From assembly GCA_046727975.1 (NCBI GenBank), contig JBKPDR010000004.1, positions 47,819 through 111,818 on the forward strand: a stretch of 64,000 nucleotides of DNA, in the 5' to 3' direction. The translations under genes were made by a program, and so were the position numbers. Each line of letters opens with the position of its first letter. The stretch's first letter is position 1. Below the pieces are notes generated by a model. That model had not been told where the DNA came from, did no database searches, and saw only the letters and a list, made by a program, of their open reading frames with translations. Positions 52,749-61,728 of this stretch are shown one piece after another. Source of the stretch: Actinomycetota bacterium (GTDB lineage Bacteria; Actinomycetota; Thermoleophilia; Gaiellales; Gaiellaceae).

Positions 52749-53510
52749 TTGCAGATCAGGCACAGGTCGTGCAAAATCCGCAACGCCTTGCAGTCAGCCG
52801 ACAGGGCACTCGCGATCCTTGCAGCGTTCAGCCCCGACCGCTCGTCGCTTCGGGTCTCCGAGCTCGCGCGCGAGCTCGGGCTGCACAAGAGCACCGTCTC
52901 GCGCCTGCTTGCGATCCTCCAGGCACGCGGGCTCGTACGACGGGACGGGAACAGCTTTGCCCCCGGGCCGGAGCTCGCACGCCTCGGCGCCCTCGCCGTG
53001 AGCAGCCTCCCTCTCGCGCAGGTCGCGCGGCAGCCGCTCGGACGGCTGGCCGAGGTCACGGGCGAGACGGTCAACCTCGCCGTCCGCCGAGGCGAGGAGG
53101 CGGTGAACGTGCTGCAGGTCCAGACAACCCACTTCGTCGGAATGACCGATTGGACCGGCCGCGGCGCCCCGCTGCACGCGACGGCCAACGGGAAAGTCCT
53201 GCTCGCGTTCGGCGACGGCCCTACACCGGCACGGCTACCCGCTCTGACCGACCGAACCATCGTGGACAGGTCCGCGCTCGAAGCCGAGCTCGCGGAGGTG
53301 CGGCGCAGAGGCTATGCGACCGCATCCGAGGAGCTCGAGATCGGCCTCGTCGCCGTCGCCGCACCCGTTCTCGACTCCTTGGGAGCGTGCGCGGGAGCCG
53401 TGTCCGTATCCGGGCCCGCATACCGGTTGGACCCCGAACGGACGGCCGAGGCGTGCCTGGCCACGGCCGCCGAGATTTCGAAGCTGCTCGGCTTCAAGGA
53501 AGCCGCGTGA
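52749..53510 (+). CDS. IclR-family transcriptional regulator
   Basis: ORF 52749..53510 (TTG start; alternative TTG at 52788 giving (M)QSADRALAIL). wHTH VSELARELGLHKSTVSRLL plus an IclR effector domain. Confidence 0.85.
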   Translation: MQIRHRSCKIRNALQSADRALAILAAFSPDRSSLRVSELARELGLHKSTVSRLLAILQARGLVRRDGNSFAPGPELARLGALAVSSLPLAQVARQPLGRLAEVTGETVNLAVRRGEEAVNVLQVQTTHFVGMTDWTGRGAPLHATANGKVLLAFGDGPTPARLPALTDRTIVDRSALEAELAEVRRRGYATASEELEIGLVAVAAPVLDSLGACAGAVSVSGPAYRLDPERTAEACLATAAEISKLLGFKEAA

Positions 53511-53653
53511 CAACGCCCAACCGTGCGCAAGACCGGAATCCGCTCGCGCGGATTCCGGTCGCGCGAAGATCCCTAAAGCGCGGCCGCTTCGCGGCCGCGG
53601 TGGCTGCGACTTTCACATCAAGTCTCCAACACACAACAGAGGAGGCGCCATGA
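53507..53653 (+). repeat. Intercistronic repeat (family 1) forming a 48-codon mini-ORF coupled to iclR and the demethylase gene
   Basis: GTG 53507 overlaps the iclR TGA (GTGA), and TGA 53651..53653 overlaps the downstream ATG (ATGA). Hairpins ccggaatccgc-tcgc-gcggattccgg (53533..53558) and cgcggccg-cttcg-cggccgcg (53579..53599). The element supplies the GGAGG RBS of the next gene. Homologous to 15285..15460. Confidence 0.75.
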
Positions 53654-54840
53654 GCATCGAGCAGCACCCCGAGATCCTCTTGTACACGCGGATTCGGAGG
53701 TCGCCCTACTTCCACGCCTCGCGCCGGCACGGCGTGAAGATGTACAGCGTCTACAACCGCACCTACCACGCCCGGCACTACGGCGACCCGTTCGCGGAGT
53801 ACTGGCAGCTCATCGAAGGCGTGACGCTCTGGGACGTCGGAGTCGAGCGACAGACCGAGATCACAGGGCCTGACGCCTTCGCCCTCGCGAACATGCTCGT
53901 ACCCCGCGACCTGTCGAAATGCGCGGTCGGACAGTGCAAGTACGTCTTCATAACAGCGCCCGACGGCGGAATCATCAACGACCCGGTGCTCCTGCGCCTC
54001 GCCGAGAACCACTTCTGGATCTCTGCGGCGGACAGCGACCTCCTCCTCTGGGCGCTCGGCGTCGCCTACAAGTCGGGGCTCGACGTCACCGTTCGTGAGC
54101 CCGACGTCGCCCCGGTGCAGATCCAGGGGCCCAAGTCCGCGGAGGTCATGGTCGAGCTCTTCGGAGAGAGCATCCTCGAGGTGCCCTACTACCACCTGGC
54201 CGAAACGAGCGTCGACGGGATGGACGTGATCGTCTCGCGAACGGGCTACACCGGCGAACTCGGGTACGAGATCTACTGCAAGGAGGCGAGCAAGAACGGC
54301 GTGCGCCTGTGGGACGCCGTGCTGGAGGCGGGCAAGCCGCACGACCTCGCGGTCATCGGCCCCTGTCACATCCGCCGCATCGAAGGTGGCATCCTCGCGT
54401 ACGGAGCGGACATGGAGCTCGACACGAACCCGTACGAGGTGGACATGGGGTACGAGTGGATGGTCGACCTCCAGCAGGAGTCCGACTTCGTCGGCAAGGA
54501 CGCGCTCGAGCGCATCAAGCAGGAGGGAATCTCGCGGAAGCTCGTCGGCGTGGAGATCGGCGGCGAGCAGCTCGGGTCGTACATCGACTCGTCGATGATC
54601 GATTTCTTCCCCGTCTACCGCGACGGCGACAAGGTCGGGGATGTCACGTCGGCGTGCTACTCACCTCGGCTCGAGAAGAACATCGGCTACGCGATGCTGC
54701 CGATCGAGCTGACCGAGCTCGGAACCGAGCTCGAGGTGGAGACCACGACCGAGCGCACGTCGGCGGTCGTCGTCCAGAAGCCCTTCGTCGACCCGAAGAA
54801 GGAGATCCCGAAGCAGACGCTGACGACCGGGGCATCTTGA
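53650..54840 (+). CDS. GcvT-family THF-dependent demethylase-like protein (DmdA-like subgroup)
   Basis: ATG at 53650 within ORF 53314..54840. The N-terminal block RRSPYF...G.K.YSVYN......Y.....EY..L...V.LWDV.VERQ.EI.GPDA resembles the DmdA/aminomethyltransferase subgroup. GYTGELGYEIY core. Confidence 0.78.
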   Translation: MSIEQHPEILLYTRIRRSPYFHASRRHGVKMYSVYNRTYHARHYGDPFAEYWQLIEGVTLWDVGVERQTEITGPDAFALANMLVPRDLSKCAVGQCKYVFITAPDGGIINDPVLLRLAENHFWISAADSDLLLWALGVAYKSGLDVTVREPDVAPVQIQGPKSAEVMVELFGESILEVPYYHLAETSVDGMDVIVSRTGYTGELGYEIYCKEASKNGVRLWDAVLEAGKPHDLAVIGPCHIRRIEGGILAYGADMELDTNPYEVDMGYEWMVDLQQESDFVGKDALERIKQEGISRKLVGVEIGGEQLGSYIDSSMIDFFPVYRDGDKVGDVTSACYSPRLEKNIGYAMLPIELTELGTELEVETTTERTSAVVVQKPFVDPKKEIPKQTLTTGAS

Positions 54841-54860
54841 GCGGGCTCCTCGACGCCCTC

Positions 54861-55658
54861 ATGCGCCCGCGCTACGAGGTGTATGCCGCGTCAGGGACCG
54901 CAGCGGCGGTTGCCCGGCACGTCCCGACGAGCATCAAGGTGACGGTCACGAGCTCCGAAGCGCGAGGGCTCGACGCCACCCTCGACCTGACCACGGAGCT
55001 CGCAGGCGTCGGCTATGAGGTCGTTCCGCACCTCGCCGCGCGGCTCGTGCTCGACCGGTCGCACCTGGCGAGGATCGTCCGGCGGCTCGACGACGCGGAC
55101 GTGCGCGAGGTATTCGTCATCGCGGGGGACGCGAGCGAGCCGCACGGCGACTACCCGGACGCGCTCTCGTTGCTCCTCGCCATGCGCGAGCTCGGTCACG
55201 GACTGACGCACATCGGGTTCGTCGGATACCCGGAGCCGCACCCGTTTCTCACCGACGACGTGCTGGCGCGGGCCCTCAGGGACAAGGCCGTGCACGCAAC
55301 GTACATCGTCACGCAGATCTGTTTCGAGCCGCAGCCGATCGACGAGTGGGTCGCGCGACTTCGGGAGGACGGAATCGCGTTGCCTGTCCACATCGGCGTT
55401 CCCGGGGTGGTCGACCACGACCGGCTTCGGCGCATCGTGCACCGACTCGGGCTCCGCGATTCCACCCCCCCTGCCCCCGAATCGGGTAGCTACACACCGG
55501 ACGTGCTCGTCGAGGGGCTGCGGTCACTCGACGATCCGGGCGCCGGGATCGGCGGCCTCCACGTCTACACGTTCAACGAGCTCGCGGAGACGGAGGCGTG
55601 GCGCCGCGCGAGGTTGGAGCTGGCCTCGCCGGCCGTGGCCCAGGAGACGCGCACGTGA
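54861..55658 (+). CDS. metF: Methylenetetrahydrofolate reductase-like protein
   Basis: Within ORF 54309..55658. ATG at 54861 (alternative TTG at 54837, overlapping the upstream TGA). MTHFR blocks VPHLAAR, VIAGD, GYPEPHP, TQICFE. Confidence 0.7.
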   Translation: MRPRYEVYAASGTAAAVARHVPTSIKVTVTSSEARGLDATLDLTTELAGVGYEVVPHLAARLVLDRSHLARIVRRLDDADVREVFVIAGDASEPHGDYPDALSLLLAMRELGHGLTHIGFVGYPEPHPFLTDDVLARALRDKAVHATYIVTQICFEPQPIDEWVARLREDGIALPVHIGVPGVVDHDRLRRIVHRLGLRDSTPPAPESGSYTPDVLVEGLRSLDDPGAGIGGLHVYTFNELAETEAWRRARLELASPAVAQETRT

Positions 55659-58171
55659 GCGAGCTTCCGGAGCAAGCAAGCGTCGTCATCATCGGCGCCG
55701 GGATCCAGGGAAACTGCGTCGCTCACCACCTGGCGCGGCTCGGGTGGCGGGACATCGTGCTCGTCGACAAGGGGCCTTTCCCCAACCCCGGCGGCTCGAC
55801 CGGTCACGCCTCGAACTTCCTGTTCCCGGTCGACCACTCGAAAGAGATGACGAAGCTCACCCAGGAGAGCATCCGCCAGTACGAGGAGCTGGGCGTCGCC
55901 ACCGTGTGCGGAGGAGTCGAGGTCGCGCGCACGCCGGAGCGGCTGGAGGAGCTCAAGCGGCGCCTCGCGTCGGCCAAGGCATGGGGAGAGCCGGCGGAGC
56001 TGCTTTCACCCGCGGAGGTCAAGGAGCTCATCCCCTTCATCAACGAGGAGATCATCCTCGGCGGGTTCAACTCTCCGGGGGTCACGGTCGTGGATCCTCT
56101 GCAGGCGGGGACGCTCATGCGCGAGGAGGGAAAGCGCTTGAACGCGCTCACCGCGTCTGCGAGCACCGAGGTCGTCGGAATCGACGTCGAGGGCGGCCGT
56201 GTCCGACGGGTCCGCACGACCCGCGGGGACATCGAGGCGGACACGGCGGTCGTCGCCTGTGGCGTCTGGAGCCCGCGCATCGCGCGCATGGCGGGCGCGT
56301 CCATCCCGCTGACGCCCGCGGTGCACCAGATGATCGATGTCGGGCCGGTTCCCCAGTTCGCCGAGACCGTCGGCGAGATCGGCTTCCCGATCGTCCGCGA
56401 CATGGACACAAACATGTACGAGCGCCAGCACGGGAGCGAGTTCGAGATCGGCTCGTACGCGCACCGGCCCATCCTCGTCGACCCTGACGAGATCCCCTCT
56501 CTCGAGGAGTCCGCGCTCTCGCCGACCGAGCTCCCGTTCACCCAGGAGGACTTCGAGCCGCAGCTGGAGCAGGCGCTCGAGCTCTTCCCCGAGATCGTCG
56601 GAGATGAATCGGTGGGGATCAAGTACGCGATCAACGGCCTCCTCTCGCTCACCCCGGACGGCATGCCGATCCTCGGCGAGAGCCCGGAGGTGCGCGGGCT
56701 CTGGTCGGTCGCCGCGGTCTGGGTGAAGGAGGCACCCGGCATCGGCAAGACGATCGCGGAGTGGATGACGGACGGCAGCCCCGAGATCGACCCGCATGCG
56801 TCGGACATCGCCCGCTTCTACGGGTACGCGCGCAAGGCCGACCACATCCGGGGGCGAACCTCCGAGGGCTACAACAAGACCTACGGGATCGTGCACCCGC
56901 AGGAGCAATGGCTCTCCAACCGCGACGTCCGCGTGAGCCCCTTCCACGCCGGCGAGCAGAAGCTCGGCGCGGTCTTCTTCGAGACCGCCGGGTGGGAGCG
57001 CCCGCACTGGTACGACTCCAACACGACGTTGCTCGACGAGTACGGCGACCGCGTCATGGCGCGCGAGGCGGAGTGGGACGCGCGTTGGTGGTCGCCTATC
57101 GTCAACGCGGAGCATCTCGCGTTGCGCGACCGAGGCGGAATGGTCGACCTCACGGCGTTCGCGATCCTCGACGTCGCGGGGACGGGGGCGCTCGACTACC
57201 TCCAAGAGCTGGCCGTCGCCGAGATGGACGTGCCGGTCGGCCGGGTCGTCTACACGCCGCTCCTCAACGAGGCGGGAGGAATCAAGGCCGACCTCACCAT
57301 CATGCGGCTCGGCGACGACAGCTTCCGCGTCGTCACCGGCGGCTTCGGAGGTGGGATGGACAAGAAGTGGTTCGTCGACCACTTGCCGGCCGACGGCTCG
57401 GTAGATCTCGTCGACCAGACCTCGGCCTGGTGCACGCTCGGCCTCTGGGGGCCGCGCGCCCGAGACGTGCTCGCATCGGTCACGCGAAACGACGTCTCGC
57501 ACGTGGGGTTTCCGTTCGTCACGTGCCGGGAGATCACGGTGGGAAAGGTCCCGGTGCTGGCTTCGCGCATCTCGTACGTCGGCGAGCTCGGGTGGGAGCT
57601 GCACACGCCCATGGACCACGGCGAGGCGCTCTGGGACGCGCTCTGGGAGGCCGGGAGAGGCGCCGGCATCGCGCCCGTCGGCATCGGCGTGTACGCGACG
57701 ACCGGACGCCTCGAGAAGTGCTACCGCGCGTACGGGAACGAGCTCGAACTCGAGTTCGACCTCGTCGAGACGGGCCTCGCCCGGCCGAAAGTCAAGGCGC
57801 ACGAGTTCGTCGGCAAGGACGCATACCTGGGGCAAAGAGACGAAGAGCCGGCGGCGATCCTCTGCACACTCACGCTCGACGACCCCACATCCTCGTCGGG
57901 CGTGAAGCGGTACATGCTGGGGCGGGAGCCGGTCCTTACAGCCGAGGGCGAGCCGATCGTCGACAGAAAGGGGCGGCGCTCGTACGTGACGAGCGCGGGC
58001 TCGGGCCCCTCGGTTGGAGCGCACATCCTCATGGCGTTCCTGCCGCCCGAGCTCGCGGAGGCCGGGAGACGGCTCTCCGTCGAGTACTTCGGGGAGCAGT
58101 ATCCGGTGACGGTGGCCGTCGCCGGCAACGCACCGCTCTTCGATCCCGAAAACTCGCGCATCAAGCGCTGA
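55655..58171 (+). CDS. Dimethylglycine/sarcosine dehydrogenase (FAD oxidoreductase fused to GcvT-like folate domain)
   Basis: GTG at 55655 (GTGA overlap) within ORF 55598..58171, 838 aa. VVIIGAGIQG dinucleotide fold. C-terminal aminomethyltransferase-like domain (SYVGELGWELH). Confidence 0.85.
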   Translation: MSELPEQASVVIIGAGIQGNCVAHHLARLGWRDIVLVDKGPFPNPGGSTGHASNFLFPVDHSKEMTKLTQESIRQYEELGVATVCGGVEVARTPERLEELKRRLASAKAWGEPAELLSPAEVKELIPFINEEIILGGFNSPGVTVVDPLQAGTLMREEGKRLNALTASASTEVVGIDVEGGRVRRVRTTRGDIEADTAVVACGVWSPRIARMAGASIPLTPAVHQMIDVGPVPQFAETVGEIGFPIVRDMDTNMYERQHGSEFEIGSYAHRPILVDPDEIPSLEESALSPTELPFTQEDFEPQLEQALELFPEIVGDESVGIKYAINGLLSLTPDGMPILGESPEVRGLWSVAAVWVKEAPGIGKTIAEWMTDGSPEIDPHASDIARFYGYARKADHIRGRTSEGYNKTYGIVHPQEQWLSNRDVRVSPFHAGEQKLGAVFFETAGWERPHWYDSNTTLLDEYGDRVMAREAEWDARWWSPIVNAEHLALRDRGGMVDLTAFAILDVAGTGALDYLQELAVAEMDVPVGRVVYTPLLNEAGGIKADLTIMRLGDDSFRVVTGGFGGGMDKKWFVDHLPADGSVDLVDQTSAWCTLGLWGPRARDVLASVTRNDVSHVGFPFVTCREITVGKVPVLASRISYVGELGWELHTPMDHGEALWDALWEAGRGAGIAPVGIGVYATTGRLEKCYRAYGNELELEFDLVETGLARPKVKAHEFVGKDAYLGQRDEEPAAILCTLTLDDPTSSSGVKRYMLGREPVLTAEGEPIVDRKGRRSYVTSAGSGPSVGAHILMAFLPPELAEAGRRLSVEYFGEQYPVTVAVAGNAPLFDPENSRIKR

Positions 58172-58938
58172 TGAACGTGCTCGTCTGCGTCAAGCGGGTC
58201 CCGGCGACGGGCGGAAGGATCACGCTGACTCCGGACGAGCAGGAGATCGACACCCGCTACCTCGGGTTCACGGTGAGCCCGCACGAGGAGTGCGCCGTGG
58301 AAGAGGCCGTGCGCTTGATCGACGCGCACGGGGGATCGAGCACCGTGCTGACGCTCGGTCCGGAGGCTGCCGTCGAGCAGCTCCGCGACGCACTGGCGCT
58401 CGGTGTGGACCGTGCGCTCCTCCTCGAAACGGACGGCAGCGAATGGGACGCGGGTGCGACGGCTCAGGCGATCGTCGAGACGGTCCGGCGCGAGGCTGTG
58501 TCCGGCACCGAGTACGACCTGCTCCTCTTCGGCAACGAGTCCGCCGACGCCGGCGGCTTTCAGGTCGGGATACGCGTCGCCCATGCGCTCGCGCGTCCCT
58601 GCGTCACCGGCGTGAAAGCACTCGAGATCAACGACCGAACCGTCGTCGCGCGTCGAGAAGCAGCCGGAGGCTGGGAGGTCTACGAGCTCCAGCTGCCGGC
58701 CGTGATCACGGTGAAGGAGGGGATCAACCTCCCCCGCTACCCGTCGATTCCGGGCCGTCTGCGGGCGAAGCGTCAGCAGATCGAGCGCGTCCGGCCGGAC
58801 CCGCCGGGAAACGACCTCCGCAAGCTGCGACTCCGGCTCCCGGAGGAGCGGGCGAAAAACGTCGAGATCCTGGGGCACGGGCCGGAGGCGGCTTCGCGCG
58901 TGGTTGGCGTCTTCGAAGAGTTGGGACTCGTATCGTGA
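58171..58938 (+). CDS. etfB: Electron transfer flavoprotein beta subunit
   Basis: ATG at 58171 (MNVLVCVKRVP...) within ORF 56761..58938. TGATG junction with the upstream gene. Confidence 0.9.
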   Translation: MNVLVCVKRVPATGGRITLTPDEQEIDTRYLGFTVSPHEECAVEEAVRLIDAHGGSSTVLTLGPEAAVEQLRDALALGVDRALLLETDGSEWDAGATAQAIVETVRREAVSGTEYDLLLFGNESADAGGFQVGIRVAHALARPCVTGVKALEINDRTVVARREAAGGWEVYELQLPAVITVKEGINLPRYPSIPGRLRAKRQQIERVRPDPPGNDLRKLRLRLPEERAKNVEILGHGPEAASRVVGVFEELGLVS

Positions 58939-59903
58939 TCCTCGGGCTCGTCGATCACGACCAGGGACAGCTCGACGAGCTTTCGCTCCAGACGCTCACG
59001 CTCTGCCGCCGCATCGCCGAGGCCTCGAGCCGATCGCTCGAAGCGGTGCTGATCGGTGAGGACGCGCGTCCGCTCGCCGAGAGCCTCGGGAGCTACGGCG
59101 TCTCGACCGTCCACGTTGTCGAGCACCCGCGTCTCGACGCGTTCGCGCCCGAGGCCTGGGCGGAGAGCATCGCTCAGCTCGCCGCGAGGTCGACCCCGGC
59201 TGCGGTCGTCGCAGGAGGAAGCGATCGCGGTAACGAGATCCTCGCCCGCCTCGCTGCGCGGACCGAGCTGCCGATGGCCGCCAACTGCATCGAAGTGTCT
59301 CCGGGTGATTCGTATGTCGTGACCCGCGTTCGCTGGGGTGGAAGCCTGCTCGAAGAGGCCAGCCTGGAGGGGCCGATGAAACTGCTGACGGTCGCGCCGC
59401 ACGCGGTGCAGATCGAAGAGGCTCCTTCGCCCGCGGCGCCGGAGATCCGGACCTTCGCGCCCGAGCTCTCCGACGATGTCCTCCGCGTGCGGGTCGTGAG
59501 GAGGGTCGAGCCCGAAGCCGGGAAAGTGTCCCTCGCCGAGGCCCGCGTCGTCGTGGGCGGCGGGCGCGGCCTCGGTAGCGCGGACGGGTTCGCGGCTCTC
59601 GAGGCACTCGCGGAGCTCCTCGGAGGCCCAGTCGGGTGCTCCCGGGCCGTGACGAGCCTGGGGTGGCGACCGCACGCCGACCAGATCGGGCAGACGGGAA
59701 CGCGGATCGCACCCGATCTCTACATCGCGTGCGGGATCAGTGGCGCGATCCAGCACATGGTCGGCTGCAAAGGGGCGAAGCGCGTCCTCGTGATCAACAC
59801 GGACCCGCAGGCCCCGATCCTCGCCCATGCGGACTATGCGGTCATCGGCGACGTCCACGCCGTGGTGCCCGCCCTGACCGAGGAGATCAAGAGGCGTCGG
59901 TAA
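58935..59903 (+). CDS. etfA: Electron transfer flavoprotein alpha subunit
   Basis: GTG at 58935 (GTGA overlap) within ORF 58290..59903. FAD-binding tail YIACGISGAIQH.AG. Confidence 0.9.
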   Translation: MILGLVDHDQGQLDELSLQTLTLCRRIAEASSRSLEAVLIGEDARPLAESLGSYGVSTVHVVEHPRLDAFAPEAWAESIAQLAARSTPAAVVAGGSDRGNEILARLAARTELPMAANCIEVSPGDSYVVTRVRWGGSLLEEASLEGPMKLLTVAPHAVQIEEAPSPAAPEIRTFAPELSDDVLRVRVVRRVEPEAGKVSLAEARVVVGGGRGLGSADGFAALEALAELLGGPVGCSRAVTSLGWRPHADQIGQTGTRIAPDLYIACGISGAIQHMVGCKGAKRVLVINTDPQAPILAHADYAVIGDVHAVVPALTEEIKRRR

Positions 59904-59927
59904 GGCACTTCCCGTCGGGAAGTGCCT
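59903..59927. terminator. Bidirectional hairpin bridging the etfA and kinase stop codons
   Basis: aggcacttccc-gtc-gggaagtgcct: 11-bp perfect stem, flanked by TAA (etfA) and CTA (kinase TAG). Confidence 0.6.
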
Positions 59928-61257
59928 AGTCGTCCTTGCCGCGCTTCTTCCCCTTGCCCTTGCCCTTGCCCTCTGGAAGACAGGCGCGTTCGGCGTCATC
60001 CCGCAGGCGGTCGATGGGCTCGCGCTCGCCCTGGATCCGCTCGGAGCGGCCGAGCAGAGTGAGCACGCCGTCGCAGCGACCGAGCGCGAAGCGGGTGAAG
60101 GCAAGGTTGTAGCTCGCGTAGGCCTCGTCCAGCGACCCCGAGCCGAAGAGTTTTCTCACCGAGCGCTCGAGCAGAGGCAGAGCCTCTGCGTAGTTGCCCG
60201 CGAGCATGAGGGCGTACCCGTCTTCGTTGAGCTCAGCACCGGTCGGGCCTTGGGAGGCGACGGTCGTGGGGGCAGTGGATGCCGTGGAGGTCGTCGTGTT
60301 CGTCGCGGCGTTTCTGCGCGTCGAGGAGCGCGCGCCGTCATCGTCCCCGCTCGCAATGCCGAGCACGGCTGCGATCCCGATGCCGGCGATCACGAGCGCG
60401 GTCGCCACACCGGCGTAGACGGCGGAGCGCGCGCGGGACCCGGTCGGACGATGGATGCGGACGGTCGGAGCCGCAGCCTCGACGAGCGTCGCTGGCACGG
60501 GCTGCTCGAACGCCCGGCGTAGGCTCGCGACGAGCTCGGCGCAGGTCTCGGGACGGTCTCCCGGCTGCTTGGCGAGCGCCCGAGCAAAGACGAGGTCGAT
60601 CCCCTTCGGAAGGTCCGGGGCGGCGCGCACCGCGCTCGGTATCGGCGCGTGCAGGTGCGCGAACGCCTCGGTCGTCGACGTGTCGGAGGCGAAAGGACGA
60701 CGCCCGGTGAGGAGCTCGAACGCGACAACTCCCAGCCCATACCGATCACTCGCCGCGGTCGCGGGCTCACCGCGTGCCTGCTCTGGAGAGAGATAGCCGA
60801 CGGTACCGAGGACGGTGCCGGGGAGCGTGAGCGTCTCCTGCCCTGCGGCGAACGCAATGCCGAAGTCCGAAACACGAACGTTGCCGTCTCGATCGAGAAG
60901 CAGGTTCGCGGGCTTCACGTCACGGTGCACCACGTGCTGCCGATGAGCGGCGTCGAGCGCTGCGCCCGCCTGCGCGAGCCATTCCAGCGCCTGCTCCACG
61001 GGGACGCGTCCCGCGCGCAGGCGGTCGTGTACCGACCCGCCCTCGAGGTACTCCATGACGATGAATGGCTTACCCTCGTGCTCGCCGACGTCGAAGACCG
61101 TGATGACATACGGCTCGCCCGACAGGCCCGCGGCCGTGCGTGCCTCGCGCAGGAAGCGGGCTCGGACCTCGGGCTCACGGACGTGCCGCTCGTCGAGCAG
61201 CTTGACGGCAACCGTCCGCCCGAGCACCTCGTCGGTCGCGCGATAGACCTCGCCCAT
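59926..61257 (-). CDS. Transmembrane Ser/Thr protein kinase with extracellular TPR-like domain and (GK)n tail
   Basis: ORF 59926..61257 (443 aa). HRDVKPAN, DFG and SPE motifs. TM helix AVYAGVATALVIAGIGIAAVLGIA. Kinase homology (RYSSPTLVARGG-MGEVY) continues upstream of the first ATG to at least 61329. Confidence 0.85.
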   Translation of the reverse strand: MGEVYRATDEVLGRTVAVKLLDERHVREPEVRARFLREARTAAGLSGEPYVITVFDVGEHEGKPFIVMEYLEGGSVHDRLRAGRVPVEQALEWLAQAGAALDAAHRQHVVHRDVKPANLLLDRDGNVRVSDFGIAFAAGQETLTLPGTVLGTVGYLSPEQARGEPATAASDRYGLGVVAFELLTGRRPFASDTSTTEAFAHLHAPIPSAVRAAPDLPKGIDLVFARALAKQPGDRPETCAELVASLRRAFEQPVPATLVEAAAPTVRIHRPTGSRARSAVYAGVATALVIAGIGIAAVLGIASGDDDGARSSTRRNAATNTTTSTASTAPTTVASQGPTGAELNEDGYALMLAGNYAEALPLLERSVRKLFGSGSLDEAYASYNLAFTRFALGRCDGVLTLLGRSERIQGEREPIDRLRDDAERACLPEGKGKGKGKKRGKDD

Positions 61258-61409
61258 TCCGCCTCGGGCGACGAGCGTCGGCGAGGAGTACCTCGTCGGA
61301 AGTACGTCGCTGGCGATACGGATAGTGATACCGGATCTTTCCCTGCGGCTGCTCCTTCCATGCCTGGAGACGGCCCTGACCGAGGAGTGGTTGCCTCTGC
61401 ATCGCAGCT

Positions 61410-61423
61410 CTGCTATATAGCAG
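61410..61423. promoter_or_regulatory. Perfect 14-bp AT-centred palindrome ctgctatatagcag
   Basis: Lies 7 nt upstream of the XRE-family ATG, in the divergent region with the kinase. The TATATA core could be a -10 element and/or an operator. Confidence 0.4.
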
Positions 61424-61430
61424 AATTGAG

Positions 61431-61727
61431 ATGAGGGAGCGTCGTTCGGGTGAGACCATCGAGCGCCTGCGCAAACGGCTTGCGCACGTCGGTGAGGACG
61501 GCTGGTTCTTCTCGCAGCTCGCTGACCAGGTCGCGGAGCGGCGCAGGGCTCTTGGCCTCTCCCAACTCGACCTCGCGGAGCTCACGGGAACGACGCAGTC
61601 CGCGGTTGCTCGGCTCGAGGCGGGTGCCCGCCCGCCGAAGATCGACACGCTGCTGCGCATCGCACACGCGCTCGACTGTGAGCTCGAAGTCCATCTGCGC
61701 CCCAGAACGACGACGAAGGAGACATGA
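61431..61727 (+). CDS. XRE-family helix-turn-helix regulator
   Basis: ORF 61431..61727 (98 aa). LSQLDLAELTGTTQSAVARLEAG HTH. Confidence 0.8.
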   Translation: MRERRSGETIERLRKRLAHVGEDGWFFSQLADQVAERRRALGLSQLDLAELTGTTQSAVARLEAGARPPKIDTLLRIAHALDCELEVHLRPRTTTKET

Positions 61728-61728
61728 C

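Noticed and set aside
56006-58024. A 672-aa minus-strand ORF
   Set aside because: It lies antisense to the dimethylglycine dehydrogenase gene. It has no motifs and Arg/Asp/Glu-rich shadow-frame composition.
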